A stretch of DNA of 64,000 bases from Candidatus Spongiisociaceae bacterium (GCA_965262915.1 OZ253564.1:2400001-2464000); one strand, 5' to 3'. Positions 51,424 to 62,478 are shown, counted from the first letter of the stretch. The notes: generated from the sequence alone by a model not told the origin. Made by a program: numbers and translations.

Positions 51424-51538
51424 ATGGCCTTACTCTAGGAGAGTACTGAGAAGCCCCCGTTGGCCCTCGTGACCGCACCTCGGACAGCGGTATTGCCTCC
51501 GAGCCGGCGGTCCAGGCTCGCCGGTCTAGGCTGAGTGG

Positions 51539-51769
51539 ATGGGATACGGGTTCAGAGGCGGCCGCTACGTGCTGCGCGGGCTGCGCGAAGGCAGGATGTC
51601 GCTGGTGGCCTTCGGGATTCTGATGGTCGTGGGTCGCATGGCGCTGCGGTGGAGGCGCCGAGATAGGAAGGTCGCCGGGGTGCGCCTGGAACCGGGAAGC
51701 AGCGTGGCGTTGCGGGTCAGCCGGCCCGGGGAGGATCCGGTCACCTTCCGCGTCGATGCGGACCGCTGA
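51539..51769 (+). CDS. Small membrane protein
   Basis: One TM and a basic tail; TAGGCT -10 box just upstream. Confidence 0.5.
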   Translation: MGYGFRGGRYVLRGLREGRMSLVAFGILMVVGRMALRWRRRDRKVAGVRLEPGSSVALRVSRPGEDPVTFRVDADR

Positions 51770-51961
51770 TCAGAGGCGGTGGATCTCGATCCGTGCGCCC
51801 TTGCGCCTACCTCTTCTCCGGCCGGCCAGGAAGGAGAACACGACCGCCCCCACCATGCCGGCCGCGCTCATCATGGCCTTCGAGCGGATGGTTCCTCCGG
51901 CCTCGTTGAGAGCCTCCTCCAGCTCGCGAGCCTTCGCTTCGATAGCGTCGCGCTCGATCAT
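51770..51961 (-). CDS. Small tail-anchored membrane protein
   Basis: MIERDAIEAKARELE...TM...GRRRGRRK; 4-bp overlap with the upstream gene. Confidence 0.65.
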   Translation of the reverse strand: MIERDAIEAKARELEEALNEAGGTIRSKAMMSAAGMVGAVVFSFLAGRRRGRRKGARIEIHRL

Positions 51962-52287
51962 GGCGCAACCTTGGAGCGGACGGCGGCCCACACGATGGTC
52001 GCGGCCAGCCCCAGTGCGAGGAGCGCGCCGATCAGGTAGGCCAGGACACTCCACAGCGGCGTGTCCGGCAGGAGGTCCAGGGCCAGCCGCAGGCCTGCGA
52101 TCACCAGTAGCAGCCAACCCAGCGCGAACAGGACACCGCCGAGCAGGCTGAAACCGGCATACCGGGCGGTTCGCCGGAGGGGCGCGACCGCCTCCTGCTC
52201 GAGGTAGCCCTTCGACAACTCGAACAGTTCGGAGACCAGGCGGGGTATCTCGGCTTTATTCAATAGATCACCATGGGTGGCCAACAA
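51958..52287 (-). CDS. Holin-like (DUF1469-type) 2-TM membrane protein
   Basis: LVSELFELSKGYLEQE..PL followed by two TM helices. Confidence 0.6.
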   Translation of the reverse strand: MLATHGDLLNKAEIPRLVSELFELSKGYLEQEAVAPLRRTARYAGFSLLGGVLFALGWLLLVIAGLRLALDLLPDTPLWSVLAYLIGALLALGLAATIVWAAVRSKVAP

Positions 52288-52423
52288 GCGCGTTCCCGAT
52301 TCTAGGAGAATGCCGGAAAACGGTTAAAACGGCTGCCCCGTCGTCCGCTGACGTGGCATTTCGTCATCGACCGGCGGGCCAACGGGGGGTTTCCCAGCAG
52401 TCTCCGAGCGGCTGGGGCCCGCG

Positions 52424-53731
52424 TCAGAGGGCGGGGACATCGAAGATGACGCCCCCGAAGAGCAGCGAGGAGATCAGAGGCGTCCAGACGATGTTGGCGC
52501 CCTGGCCCAACAGGAAGGCGATGGCGGGACGGCCCTGCTCCATCGATACCAGGTTGCGGAAACGGGTCTCGAGGCCGATGGATACGAAGGCCAGAGCGAA
52601 CCACCAGGATCGCAGGCCTCTCATCAGGTCCCGGGTCGAGTCGACGAACTCGCTGCTCAGCACGAATGAGAACAGCAGGGAGGCGACGACGAAACCTAGG
52701 ACGAACTTGGGAAACCGCTCCCAGATCACCGAGACGGTGGGGCGCTCCCCGTTCCGGGAGTCGTTGCGGAAGGCCCACCACAGGGATATGGCGAAGGCCA
52801 CCAAGCCCAGCAGGGCGTTCTGGGAGAACTTGACGATCACCGCCGCGTTCAGTGCCGACTCGCCGAGGATCTCGCCGGCGGCCACCACCGCGCCGGAGGT
52901 GTCGATGGGTGATGGTACCGCCCAGCCACGCTCCCCCCACGATGGTGGACATGCCCGCACGTTCTACCACCCAGGGCATGAGGATGGTCATCGGGACGGC
53001 GACGACTAGAACAAGCGAGGTGACGTAGGAGAGTTCCCTGCGGTCTCCCGAGATGGCGCCGCATGCGGCGATCGCCGCGGAGACCCCGCAGATCGAGACC
53101 GCCGAGGCCAGCATGACCGAGAACTCGTCGTCCACCCGCAGCCGCCTCGATATCCGGAAGCAGAGGTACCAGACGACCAGGACGACCGCCAGGGCCTGGA
53201 CCACACCCAGCAGGCCCGCCCGGAGGATCTCCCCGAAGAGGACGTTGGTCCCGAGGATGACGAGCCCGGTCTTGATGTAGTACTCGGTCCGGATCGCCTC
53301 GCGCATCCGGGCGGGCACGCCCAACGCGTTGGAGATGAGGAGCCCGACGAGCAGCGCCACGATGACGTAGGTGATCGCCATTGCTTGAGGACCGCGTTGC
53401 CTGCGACGAACCGGCTCGTCCAGGCGAGCAGGAACACCGCCGGAAAACCGGCCGCGTAAGCCCCGACGCTGCGTCCCATCAGACGCACCCCACCAGCCGA
53501 GCCGACCATCAACAGGATCCCCACCAGCAGCACCGCCGCCACGCTCCCCGTGAACACGTCTCCGGGGCCTGCGGGGCCCCAGGAGAACGCCGGCATCACC
53601 GGCCGGACCCCGATCAGGACCAGGACTACGAGGGCGGCGCCCAGCCACACCGCCAACCAATCTTCGGAAGCACGCTTCCCGAGGCCGTTCGGGAGGCTGG
53701 TCAACGAGTCATCCCTCTCTCTCGCGTCCAT
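52424..53731 (-). pseudogene. YeiH/UPF0324 putative sulfate exporter, frameshifted
   Basis: SEDWLAV, EYYIKTGLV, SICGVSAAIA, IDTSGAV, RFPKFVLGF. Frameshifts near 53378 (-1) and near 52908 (7-nt duplication). Confidence 0.85.
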
Positions 53732-53780
53732 GCACTCGTCGCTCGCCGCGTCCGGTGCGGAGGCTACCCTCGTCCTCTCG

Positions 53781-54704
53781 ATGTCGTACTCTCCCGGCCG
53801 GCCGGGCCGGCCACCCATCTTCTCCACGGCTGTGGGAACCCAGAGGGGACCGTTCGGGTGGCTGGAGTGGGTGCTGCTGACCGGAGTAGCCCTCATATGG
53901 GGTTCTTCGTACCTCCTCATCGACATCGGGCTCGACGCTCTGGCGCCTCCGGTCATCACGTGGATGCGGGTGACGCTCGGATTCGCGGTCCTGGTGGGTT
54001 TCCCGGCCGCCCGCCGCCCGGTGGACCGGTCGGACCGGCGACGGATCGTGGCCCTCGGGGTTGTCTGGACCACCGTCCCGTTCCTGCTCGGTCCCATCTC
54101 CCAGCAACACATCGACTCGGCTCTGGCGGGAATGCTCAACGGTCTCGTACCTATCTTCAGCGCCGCCATCGCCATGCTGCTGTTGCGGGCGCTGCCGGGA
54201 GTACGGCAGGTAGCGGGAATCCTCATCGGACTCGTCGGCGCGGTCAGCCTCGGGTTCCCCGTCGGAAGGGAGTCCCAGGCGGCCGCATGGGGGATCCTCC
54301 TGGCCGTGGTGGCTGCGATCCTCTACGGATTGGCGCTCAACATGGCCGTACCGTTGCAGCAGCGTTACGGGGCGCCGGCGGTGATGATGAGGGTCTTGGG
54401 GGTGGCGGCGGTGACCACCGCACCCTTCGGGATCGCCGGTCTGGGCCACTCGGCGTGGGAAGTCGCTCCCGTGGTGGCGGTGACGGTGCTGGGGATCCTC
54501 AACACGGGCGCCGCGTTCGTGATCATGACAGTCTTCGTCGGGCGCGTGGGCCCCACCCGTGGGGGCGTGGCCATCTACTTCCTGCCGATCGTCGCCATGG
54601 TGCTGGGCGTGGTGTTCCGGTCCGAGGTCGTGCTGCCGCTGCAATGGGCCGGGACCGGCCTGGTGCTCGTCGGAGCCTTCCTGACGAGCAGGCGCGAAAC
54701 CTGA
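53781..54704 (+). CDS. EamA/DMT transporter, paralogue 1
   Basis: IWGSSY, QQHIDSALAGMLN, LQQRYG; about 10 TM segments. Confidence 0.9.
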   Translation: MSYSPGRPGRPPIFSTAVGTQRGPFGWLEWVLLTGVALIWGSSYLLIDIGLDALAPPVITWMRVTLGFAVLVGFPAARRPVDRSDRRRIVALGVVWTTVPFLLGPISQQHIDSALAGMLNGLVPIFSAAIAMLLLRALPGVRQVAGILIGLVGAVSLGFPVGRESQAAAWGILLAVVAAILYGLALNMAVPLQQRYGAPAVMMRVLGVAAVTTAPFGIAGLGHSAWEVAPVVAVTVLGILNTGAAFVIMTVFVGRVGPTRGGVAIYFLPIVAMVLGVVFRSEVVLPLQWAGTGLVLVGAFLTSRRET

Positions 54705-54817
54705 CCGGGGCGACCGTGATGGGCAGTCCGGTTCTGCTACTGCCACCACCGGGACATGTTCAGCCTTGTTCTGAACCGTGTCGGGCGCCTACGGCCCCGG
54801 CTACTCTCGTCCCTCTG

Positions 54818-55742
54818 ATGTCCCAGGCTTCCCGCCGCTCCGGCCGCAGACCCATATTCTCCACTGCTCCCGGAACGCACCTCGGACCTTTCGGGTTGGT
54901 CGAATGGGCTCTGTTCTCCCGGCGTGGCGCTCATCTGGGGTTCCTCCTACCTGCTTATCGACATCAGCCTGGAAGCCCTTGCCCCATGGGCTATTACCTG
55001 GGTGAGGGTGATGTTCGGCCTCGTGGTCCTGGCGGCGTTTCCGATTGCCCGCCGCCCGGTGGACCGGGCCGACTGGTGGCGGATCGGGGTGCTGGCGATG
55101 ACCTGGAACGCCGTTCCGTTCATCCTTTTCCCTATCGCCCAGCAGCACATCGACTCGGCGCTCGCCGGTATGTTGAACGCACCGATACCGATCTACAGCG
55201 CAGCCATCGCGGTCGTGCTGCTGCGCAGGCTCCCACGGTTGCGCCAGACGGTAGGTATCGCTCTCGGACTGCTGGGAGCGATCGGTATCGGCCTTCCCGC
55301 TGTCCGGGACTCGGCCGCCGGCTCTTTCGGCGTGCTGCTCGTAGTTACTGCGACCCTGCTGTACGGTCTGTCGATCAACCTGGCGGTTCCGCTCCAGCAG
55401 CGCTACGGAGCTCCGGCGGTGATCATGCGGGCCCTGGCCGTGACGGCGGTTGTCACCATGCCGCTCGGGATGATCGGCCTGGCCGGATCGGAATGGAAGA
55501 CCGGCTCGATCGTGGCTGTGACCCTGCTCGGCATCGTCAATACCGGCATGGCGTACGTGATCATGGCCTCGTTGGTGGGACGGGTGGGCTCCACCCGAGG
55601 GAGCGTGGCGGTGTACTTCCTTCCGATCGTCGCCATGGTCCTCGGGGTTGTGTTCCGAGACGAGATCATCCTGCCCTTGCAGATAGCCGGAACCGGTCTG
55701 GTCTTCCTGGGTGCCTGGCTGACCAGCCGGCGCGAGGAGTAA
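54818..55742 (+). pseudogene. EamA/DMT paralogue 2, +1 frameshift near 54920
   Basis: Extra C in TTCTCCCGGC separates the conserved N-terminus from the body. Confidence 0.8.
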
Positions 55743-55933
55743 CTGATCTTCAGCGCGGCCATGGCGATGGTGCTCTTGCGCGACCTGGCGGGCTTTTCTT
55801 CTTCATCCGGCCGGAGTCCTGACCGGCGTCGGTCGGGGTGGGCGGTCCGGTCGGCTACTGCTTCCCCTGGGGTGTGCTTCAGCTGTTCGGGACCGGCGTA
55901 GGGAGACGAACCGCGGCTACTCTCGTCCTTCCG

Positions 55934-56857
55934 ATGTCTCACACCTCCCCTCGCTCCGCCCGCAGACCTTTGTTCTCCACGGCCCAGGGATCGCAGCTCG
56001 GGCCGTTCAGGCTGGTCGAATGGGCACTGCTCTCCGGCGTGGGGCTCATCTGGGGGTCTTCGTTCCTGCTCATCGAGATCGGCCTGGCGTCGCTGGCACC
56101 CCCCACCATTACCTGGGTGAGGGTCACGCTGGGTTTCCTGGTCCTGACGGCCTTTCCGGCAGCCCGCAGGTCGGTGGAACGGGCCGACTACCGGCGTATC
56201 GCACTGCTGGGAATCACCTGGGTCTTCGTGCCGTTCCTCATGTTCCCCATAGCCCAGCAACACATCGACTCGGCCCTGGCCGGGATGCTGAACGCCATGG
56301 TTCCGATCTTCAGCACGTCGATCGCGATAGTGCTGATGCGCTCCCTACCCCGGCTCCGCCCAGCCGTCGGCATAGTGCTCGGCTTCGCCGGGGCGATCAG
56401 CATCGGTCTCCCGGCCGCCCGCGATTCGCCCGCTGCTGCATGGGGGGTGTTGCTCTTGGTTCTGGCAACCCTCTTCTACGGCCTTTCCCTCAACCTGGCG
56501 GTCCCCCTCCAGCAGCGGTACGGGGCTCCCGTCGTGATGATGAGGGCGATCGGGGTGGCCGCTGTCGCCACCGCTCCCTTCGGCCTCGCCGGCCTGGCCG
56601 ATTCCCAATGGAGCCTCGGTCCGGTCCTGGCGGTGATCGTGCTGGGAGTCATCAACACCGGCGCCGCGTTCGTGATCATGACGGCTTTCCTAGGCAGAGT
56701 CGGCCCCACTCGTGGAGGTGCGGCCGTGTACTTAATCCCCATCGTTGCGATGGTGCTGGGGGTGGCGTTCCGTTCGGAGGTCATTCTGCCCCTGCAGTGG
56801 GCCGGAACCGGAGTCGTCCTTTTCGGAGCCTGGCTCACAAGCCGCCGCGACTCTTGA
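55934..56857 (+). CDS. EamA/DMT paralogue 3
   Basis: 924-nt ORF collinear with the other copies. Confidence 0.9.
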   Translation: MSHTSPRSARRPLFSTAQGSQLGPFRLVEWALLSGVGLIWGSSFLLIEIGLASLAPPTITWVRVTLGFLVLTAFPAARRSVERADYRRIALLGITWVFVPFLMFPIAQQHIDSALAGMLNAMVPIFSTSIAIVLMRSLPRLRPAVGIVLGFAGAISIGLPAARDSPAAAWGVLLLVLATLFYGLSLNLAVPLQQRYGAPVVMMRAIGVAAVATAPFGLAGLADSQWSLGPVLAVIVLGVINTGAAFVIMTAFLGRVGPTRGGAAVYLIPIVAMVLGVAFRSEVILPLQWAGTGVVLFGAWLTSRRDS

Positions 56858-57160
56858 TGGGTGTGTTGAGAGATGTGACGCGTCGGCAAATCCACAACAC
56901 CACCAGCCGATCCCCTTTGGACCGCTCCGGCCCCACATTTCGGCCGGGGCAAACGGGAACGGACCACCACGCAAGCAGATACCCGTCCCCGGGGTTGCCG
57001 GATCCCGACAGTTCAGCATCGCTCAGATCCACCAGCGGCTCGCAGAGCCGACCTCTCCCCACCTTTTTGGGCGACGGCTCAACTATCGTGGTGTGACAAC
57101 CGGAGGGGCCCAGGCAGGCGGACGGCGTAACCGGATGTCGGCCGGGAAGCTAGGTGCAAG

Positions 57161-58537
57161 ATGCTCATTGCCTTATACGTAAAGAACTTCAAGAGTATCA
57201 AGGAGGCCCGCGTTCGGTTTGGACCGTTCACTTGCTTTATCGGTCACAATGGGGTCGGCAAGAGTAATATGTTTGATGCGGTTTACTTTCTCAGTGAGCT
57301 TGCCGAGCGAGATATATCTGAGGCGGCGGTCAGAGTCAGGCGTACAAGTGGTGGTGGGCACTCTCCTCTGGATCTCGTCTTCGGACGAGAGCCTAATCAT
57401 ATGATTGAGCTTTGTGCCGATATGATAGTTCCATCCGAGGTAACTGACGACTTCGACGAACCGTCCAAGCCTAGTACTACCCTTCTCAAATATACGGTGA
57501 AGCTACGCTATGCGCCGGACTCTGATCGTCTTCTTGTTGAATACGAAAGCCTGACACATGTGAAACTAGGGGATTACAAGAACTTTGTCGCATTTCCATC
57601 GTCGCCAAGCTTCAAGGGTTCGGTTGCTTTAGGGTCTAGAAGGGGTGGACCATTGATCTCTACCAAGAGTGATCGCATCATGCTCCACGGTGACGGCGGA
57701 AGCCGCGGACGCCCGGCACCGGTGGGTAGATCGCCTCTCACGGTTGTAGGAGGCACCAATACATCCGACTACCCGACCGTGCTCGCTGCTAAGCGGGAGA
57801 TGTCGTCGTGGCGCGTGCTACACCTCGAGCCGAGTGCGATGAGAAGTCCTGACACACGGTGGGCACGACCTCAACACGTATCCGCCTCAGGCGGTCGCAT
57901 CCCCGCCACACTTCATGCTCTCATAAAGCGGGACCCTGATTCGAGCTCAGAAATCGTCTACCGACTGAGACAACTCAACTCGGACATAGAGGAACTGGGA
58001 GTCTACATCGACGAAGCAGGAGATCAGATCGCGCTCCGGGCGCGAATCATGGGGGTCGACAATTGGCTCTATGCTCGTTCCCTGTCCGATGGTACTCTTC
58101 GCTACATAGCGCTGGCTTTGATGTTGGTCGATGTTCGGGATCGAGCTGTCTTGTGCATTGAAGAACCTGAGAACGGTATCCATCCGTCACGAATACCAAA
58201 CCTCGTTGAGTTACTTCGCGACTACGCGGTTGATACCCAAGGGATGGTTGCTTCCGACAATCCCCTCCGCCAGATCATAGTTAATTCTCATTCTCCAGAA
58301 GTGGCTAGACAACTCTCATTCAGCGACATCGTGTTCGTCGAGCGGGCACTCACGAGCATGGGTGGCCCGATCAGTGTCTTCCGGCCGGTCATGGACACTT
58401 GGCGTGTAGGCCTACCAAACGGGAAGGAGACAACGGCACTACCGATCAGTAGGAAGGCTGTTGCAGACTTCATCGGTGGATCACCCGTCGGCCACGAGAT
58501 AGGCCAGTTGAGGCTAGCGTTCGGTACCGCCAGGTGA
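57161..58537 (+). CDS. ABC-type (AAA_15/AAA_21-like) ATPase
   Basis: KNFKS, GHNGVGKSN, LSDGT, CIEEPENGIHP, NSHS; markedly lower GC. Confidence 0.9.
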   Translation: MLIALYVKNFKSIKEARVRFGPFTCFIGHNGVGKSNMFDAVYFLSELAERDISEAAVRVRRTSGGGHSPLDLVFGREPNHMIELCADMIVPSEVTDDFDEPSKPSTTLLKYTVKLRYAPDSDRLLVEYESLTHVKLGDYKNFVAFPSSPSFKGSVALGSRRGGPLISTKSDRIMLHGDGGSRGRPAPVGRSPLTVVGGTNTSDYPTVLAAKREMSSWRVLHLEPSAMRSPDTRWARPQHVSASGGRIPATLHALIKRDPDSSSEIVYRLRQLNSDIEELGVYIDEAGDQIALRARIMGVDNWLYARSLSDGTLRYIALALMLVDVRDRAVLCIEEPENGIHPSRIPNLVELLRDYAVDTQGMVASDNPLRQIIVNSHSPEVARQLSFSDIVFVERALTSMGGPISVFRPVMDTWRVGLPNGKETTALPISRKAVADFIGGSPVGHEIGQLRLAFGTAR

Positions 58538-59150
58538 GTCGCCAGTTAACATTTCCGTTGTAGCTGACGGTGGTATCGATCGGTTTCTCGTACCAATAAT
58601 CCAATGGGCGATTCATCGGCTTGATCCTCAAGTTGAGATCCTCGAGCCGGAGTTCTTGAAACGATCCGGAAGTGTCAAGGAGTTCTTGAATAGCTACGAC
58701 CCAGATGTGATGCTCATATTCGTTCACCGAGATTCAGAGAACCTCACGCTCGAGGAATGTATGACGGAGTTCGAATCGGTCAATAGGTCCAACCGTGTTC
58801 CTGTAATCTCCGTTCGTATGTCTGAAGCTTGGATACTATTCAGTGGAATCACGATCGCCCGGGCTGCCGGTTCATCCGCTTCATCCGCGTACGCAGTATC
58901 CACACCCAGAATCTCCGATATCGAGACTATTTCGAATCCGAAGAGGCGCTTGGATACGCTTCTCCTTGAGGCGGCAGGATCTCCATCAGGTCGCCGTGGG
59001 AGAAACTTCAAACGGTCCATCATTGAGCGCCGTGTAAGCGTTGGCTCATTCATATTCGATTACAGTCCTCTAGAAAACTTAGAGGCATTTCTTTCTTTTC
59101 AAGATCACCTCCAACGCTACTATCCCTACAAGCATGTGATCGGCCCGTAA
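58534..59150 (+). pseudogene. DUF4276/TOPRIM-like partner of the ATPase, -1 frameshift near 58553
   Basis: GTG overlaps the ATPase stop; adding one T gives VSRQLTFSVVADGGIDRFL...FVHRDSE...MSEAWIL...NPK. Confidence 0.65.
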
Positions 59151-59441
59151 CCACCGGGGCGTCGCCTTGGAATCTTGCGGACGGCTCACGCGCTCAACTG
59201 AAACGCCCGAGACGCTGTACGAAGCACGACTTCATGGTGCAGGGCCGTCGAGAGGTCCGTATCCTCTACCCGCTCAAGCGTGGGGGTGTCGGGAACCTGA
59301 TCATGTAACTCTCTACAGATGCTCATGTGCGGCATCGACGCCTCCTGTGCTACCGGTCTGAAGGTCACGCTCGCTTGGCCACATCACCGACGAGAGGGAA
59401 CCCGGCCGTCCTGGGTGTGCTAGCGGGAGCCACCTTGATAG

Positions 59442-60152
59442 TTAGGGGCGTCGGCTCCGAGCGTGGGCGCGCTTCCGGGTTGGTTTCCAAGGAACTACGA
59501 ACTCTTTCCCGTCGTCAGTGTCCGCGACTGTGAGTGCGGGCATGTTCGGATGTCGCCATTTGGAGACTTCGGGTGGGTTGCCTTTGCGTCTGTTGCAGTA
59601 GGTGTGGGCGGCTTGTAGGTTGTCAAGTTTGTGGAGGCGGCTCTTGTAGCGGGTTCCCTCTACGGCCTTGCCTCCCTTGCGGATGTCGAACACGGCGAAG
59701 ACCTTGGGGACTATGTGCTCGATGTGGGCGCCTTTGAGCTTCATCTCCCCCGCGCAGAGCCCGCATCGGCGGCCATCCCGCTTGAATACGTAGTGGAGCA
59801 CTTTGTCGCGATGCTCCGGGTTCCAACGTCCGGTCACGTCGGGTTCATCCGACTCCAGCTGCCAGCGTTGAACCTTGTCGACGGTCTCGACCACCGTGCC
59901 GACCGCTGTGAGAACCCTGTCCCGCCATCCACGGGACTCGCCTCCATTAACGGAAGGTTCGTCGTCCGGCAGGATCGGGGCAGGGCGCTCCCCAACGTCG
60001 CTTTCGGGATGGTCGGGTGGCGGGTCGGACACGATGCCGCGGCATTTCGGGAAGTTCGGACAGCCCCAGAACTCGCTTCCCTGGTGTTGGCCTCGGCGGG
60101 CGGTCCGCCGGACCATCGGGCTGTCACAGCGCGGGCACGAAGGCGGAGACAT
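59442..60152 (-). CDS. Topoisomerase-type C4 zinc ribbon fused to an HNH endonuclease
   Basis: CPRCDSPMV...FWGCPNFPKC; RDGRRCGLC...HIEHIVP...NLQAAHTYCNRRK. Confidence 0.82.
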   Translation of the reverse strand: MSPPSCPRCDSPMVRRTARRGQHQGSEFWGCPNFPKCRGIVSDPPPDHPESDVGERPAPILPDDEPSVNGGESRGWRDRVLTAVGTVVETVDKVQRWQLESDEPDVTGRWNPEHRDKVLHYVFKRDGRRCGLCAGEMKLKGAHIEHIVPKVFAVFDIRKGGKAVEGTRYKSRLHKLDNLQAAHTYCNRRKGNPPEVSKWRHPNMPALTVADTDDGKEFVVPWKPTRKRAHARSRRP

Positions 60153-60309
60153 AGGCGTATTGATGACAAATCCTTGCGAGACACTCGGAGTCCTACAAGA
60201 GCAACTCTCGGCACTGTTTGTCAAGACGAAAGCCTCGGTACCCATCGACCACCTTCGGCCGCGTGGGGCCGTAACGGGGGTTCGATCCCCGGCTACTGTC
60301 GTCCCTCTG

Positions 60310-60436
60310 ATATCCCAGGCTGGCCGATCCGGCCGCAGAACCATATTCTCCACTGCTCCCGGAACGCAGCTCGGGCCGTTCGGGTTGATCGAATGGGCTT
60401 TGTTCGCCGGCGTGGCACTCATATGGGGTTCTTCTC
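60310..60436 (+). pseudogene. 5' fragment of an EamA/DMT paralogue (start mutated to ATA)
   Basis: SQAGRSGRRTIFSTAPGTQLGPFGLIEWALFAGVALIWGSS, then homology ends. Confidence 0.8.
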
Positions 60437-60519
60437 GGACGCTGACCCCCATTGGGACGGGTCCACCTGTCCTAGGTCGGCATTGGGTGTAGACCGGCAC
60501 GGCTACTCTCGTTTCTCTT

Positions 60520-61443
60520 ATGTCCCAGGGTTCCCGCCTCTCCGGCCGCCGTCGAGTACTTTCCACCGCCCAGGGATCTAAGCTCGGGCCCTTCGGGCTG
60601 GTTGAGTGGGCGTTGCTCTCCGGTGTCGCGCTCCTCTGGGGTTCGGCGTTTCTCCTCATCGAGATAGGCCTGGAGTCGCTGGCCCCCCCGACGATCACCT
60701 GGATCAGGGTTACGCTGGGATTCCTGGTCCTGACGGCTTTTCCGGCAGCTCGTAAGAAGGTCGACCGGAGCGACTATCCCCGCGTGGCGTTGCTTGGGAT
60801 CACCTGGGTCGGCGTGCCGTTCCTGTTGTTCCCGATAGCGCAGCAGCACATCGATTCGGCGCTGGCCGGGATGTTGAACGGCATGGTCCCGATCTTCAGC
60901 GCTTCGATAGCGATGGTTCTGATGCGCTCGCTCCCCAGGATCCCCCAAGCGGTCGGCATCACGCTCGGAGTCGCCGGGGCGATCAGCATCAGCCTCCCGG
61001 TCGTCCGTGAGTCGGCCGCCGGCGCGTGGGGAGTGCTCCTCATAGTCATAGCAAACCTCCTCTACGGCGTCTCCCACAACCTGGTGGTCCCGCTCCAGCA
61101 ACGCTATGGAGCCCCCGCGGTGATGATGAGAGCGATCGGGGTGGCGGTTGTCGCCACCGCTCCCTTCGGCCTGGCCGGCCTAGCCGACTCGCAATGGAGC
61201 ATCGGTCCGGTCATGGCGGTAGTCATGATGGGAGTCATCCAAACCGGCGCCGCCTTCGTGTTCATGACAGCGCTCGTCGGAAGGGTCGGCGCGACGCGAG
61301 GCGGTGTGGCCATCTACTTCATTCCCATCGTCGCCATGGTCCTCGGCGTCGTGTTCCGTTCCGAGACCGTGCTCGCCGTCCAGTGGGCCGGAACCGCAGT
61401 AGTGCTGGTCGGCGCATGGCTGACCAGCCGCCGCGAGGCCTGA
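60520..61443 (+). CDS. EamA/DMT paralogue 4
   Basis: 307 aa, collinear with the other copies. Confidence 0.9.
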   Translation: MSQGSRLSGRRRVLSTAQGSKLGPFGLVEWALLSGVALLWGSAFLLIEIGLESLAPPTITWIRVTLGFLVLTAFPAARKKVDRSDYPRVALLGITWVGVPFLLFPIAQQHIDSALAGMLNGMVPIFSASIAMVLMRSLPRIPQAVGITLGVAGAISISLPVVRESAAGAWGVLLIVIANLLYGVSHNLVVPLQQRYGAPAVMMRAIGVAVVATAPFGLAGLADSQWSIGPVMAVVMMGVIQTGAAFVFMTALVGRVGATRGGVAIYFIPIVAMVLGVVFRSETVLAVQWAGTAVVLVGAWLTSRREA

Positions 61444-61553
61444 GCGGTTGCAACCGAGAGCAGTCAAGTTGCTCTAGAGCCATCCCCCGGTCGCGTTCCG
61501 CTTGTCGGGGCCGGCAAATGACGTCGGTTAGCCCGGCTACCGTGCGCTCTCCC

Positions 61554-62478
61554 ATGCCCCCCCAACGCTCGTCGAGCACCGGCCGACGACCCCTGCCTAC
61601 CGCCGCCCAGGGATCGAAACTCGGACCGTTCGGCCTGCCCGAATGGGCCTTGCTCACCGGCGTCGCCCTTATCTGGGGGTCCTCCTTCCTCCTTATCGAG
61701 ATCGGCCTCGAGTCACTGGAACCCCCTGTGATCACCTGGGTCAGGGTCACTCTCGGTTTCCTGGTGCTCGCGGCCTTTCCGGCAGCCCGCAGGCCGGTAG
61801 ACCGGGCCGACTACCCGCGCATCGTGTTCCTGGGCGTCACCTGGGTGGTAGTGCCGTTCATCGCATTCCCCGTCGCCCAACAGCACATCGACTCGGCGCT
61901 GGCGGGGATGCTGAACGCCCTGGTCCCCATCTACAGCACCGCGATCACCATGGTGCTGGCCCGCACTCCCCCGCGTTCGCCAAGCCGCAGGAATCCTGGT
62001 CGGATTCGCCGGAGCGATCAGCATCAGCCTCCCGGCCGTCCGGGACTCGGCCGCCAGCGCCTGGGGCGTGTTTCTGGTGGTACTCGCGACCTTCATGTAC
62101 GGGGTTTCCATCAACGTTGCCGGTCCGCTCCAGCAACGCTATGGAGCCCCCGCCGTGATGATGAGAGCGATCGGTGTGGCGACCGTGCTCACCGCCCCGT
62201 TCGGCTTGGCCGCTCTACCCGGCTCCGAATGGAGCGCCGGCCCTGCCCTGGCCGTGGTACTGCTGGGTGTCATCAACACCGGCGCCGCCTTCGTGATCTT
62301 GGCAGCTTTCGTGGGCAGGGTGGGCCCGACCCGCGGGAGCGTGGCCGTCTATTTCATTCCTATCGTTGCCATGGTCCTCGGCGTGGCGTTCCGTTCCGAG
62401 GTCGTGCTCCCCGTCCAGTGGGCCGGAACCGTAGTGGTGCTGTTCGGCGCGTGGCTCACCAGCCGCCGCGAGTCCTGA
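61554..62478 (+). pseudogene. EamA/DMT paralogue 5, frameshift near 61977
   Basis: Frame is lost after ARTPPR (2-nt deficit) and resumes as RQAAGILVGF. Confidence 0.8.

Noticed and set aside
59442-60698. 418-aa version of the HNH protein
   Set aside because: The upstream part is antisense to DMT sequence; the Zn ribbon starts at 60152.
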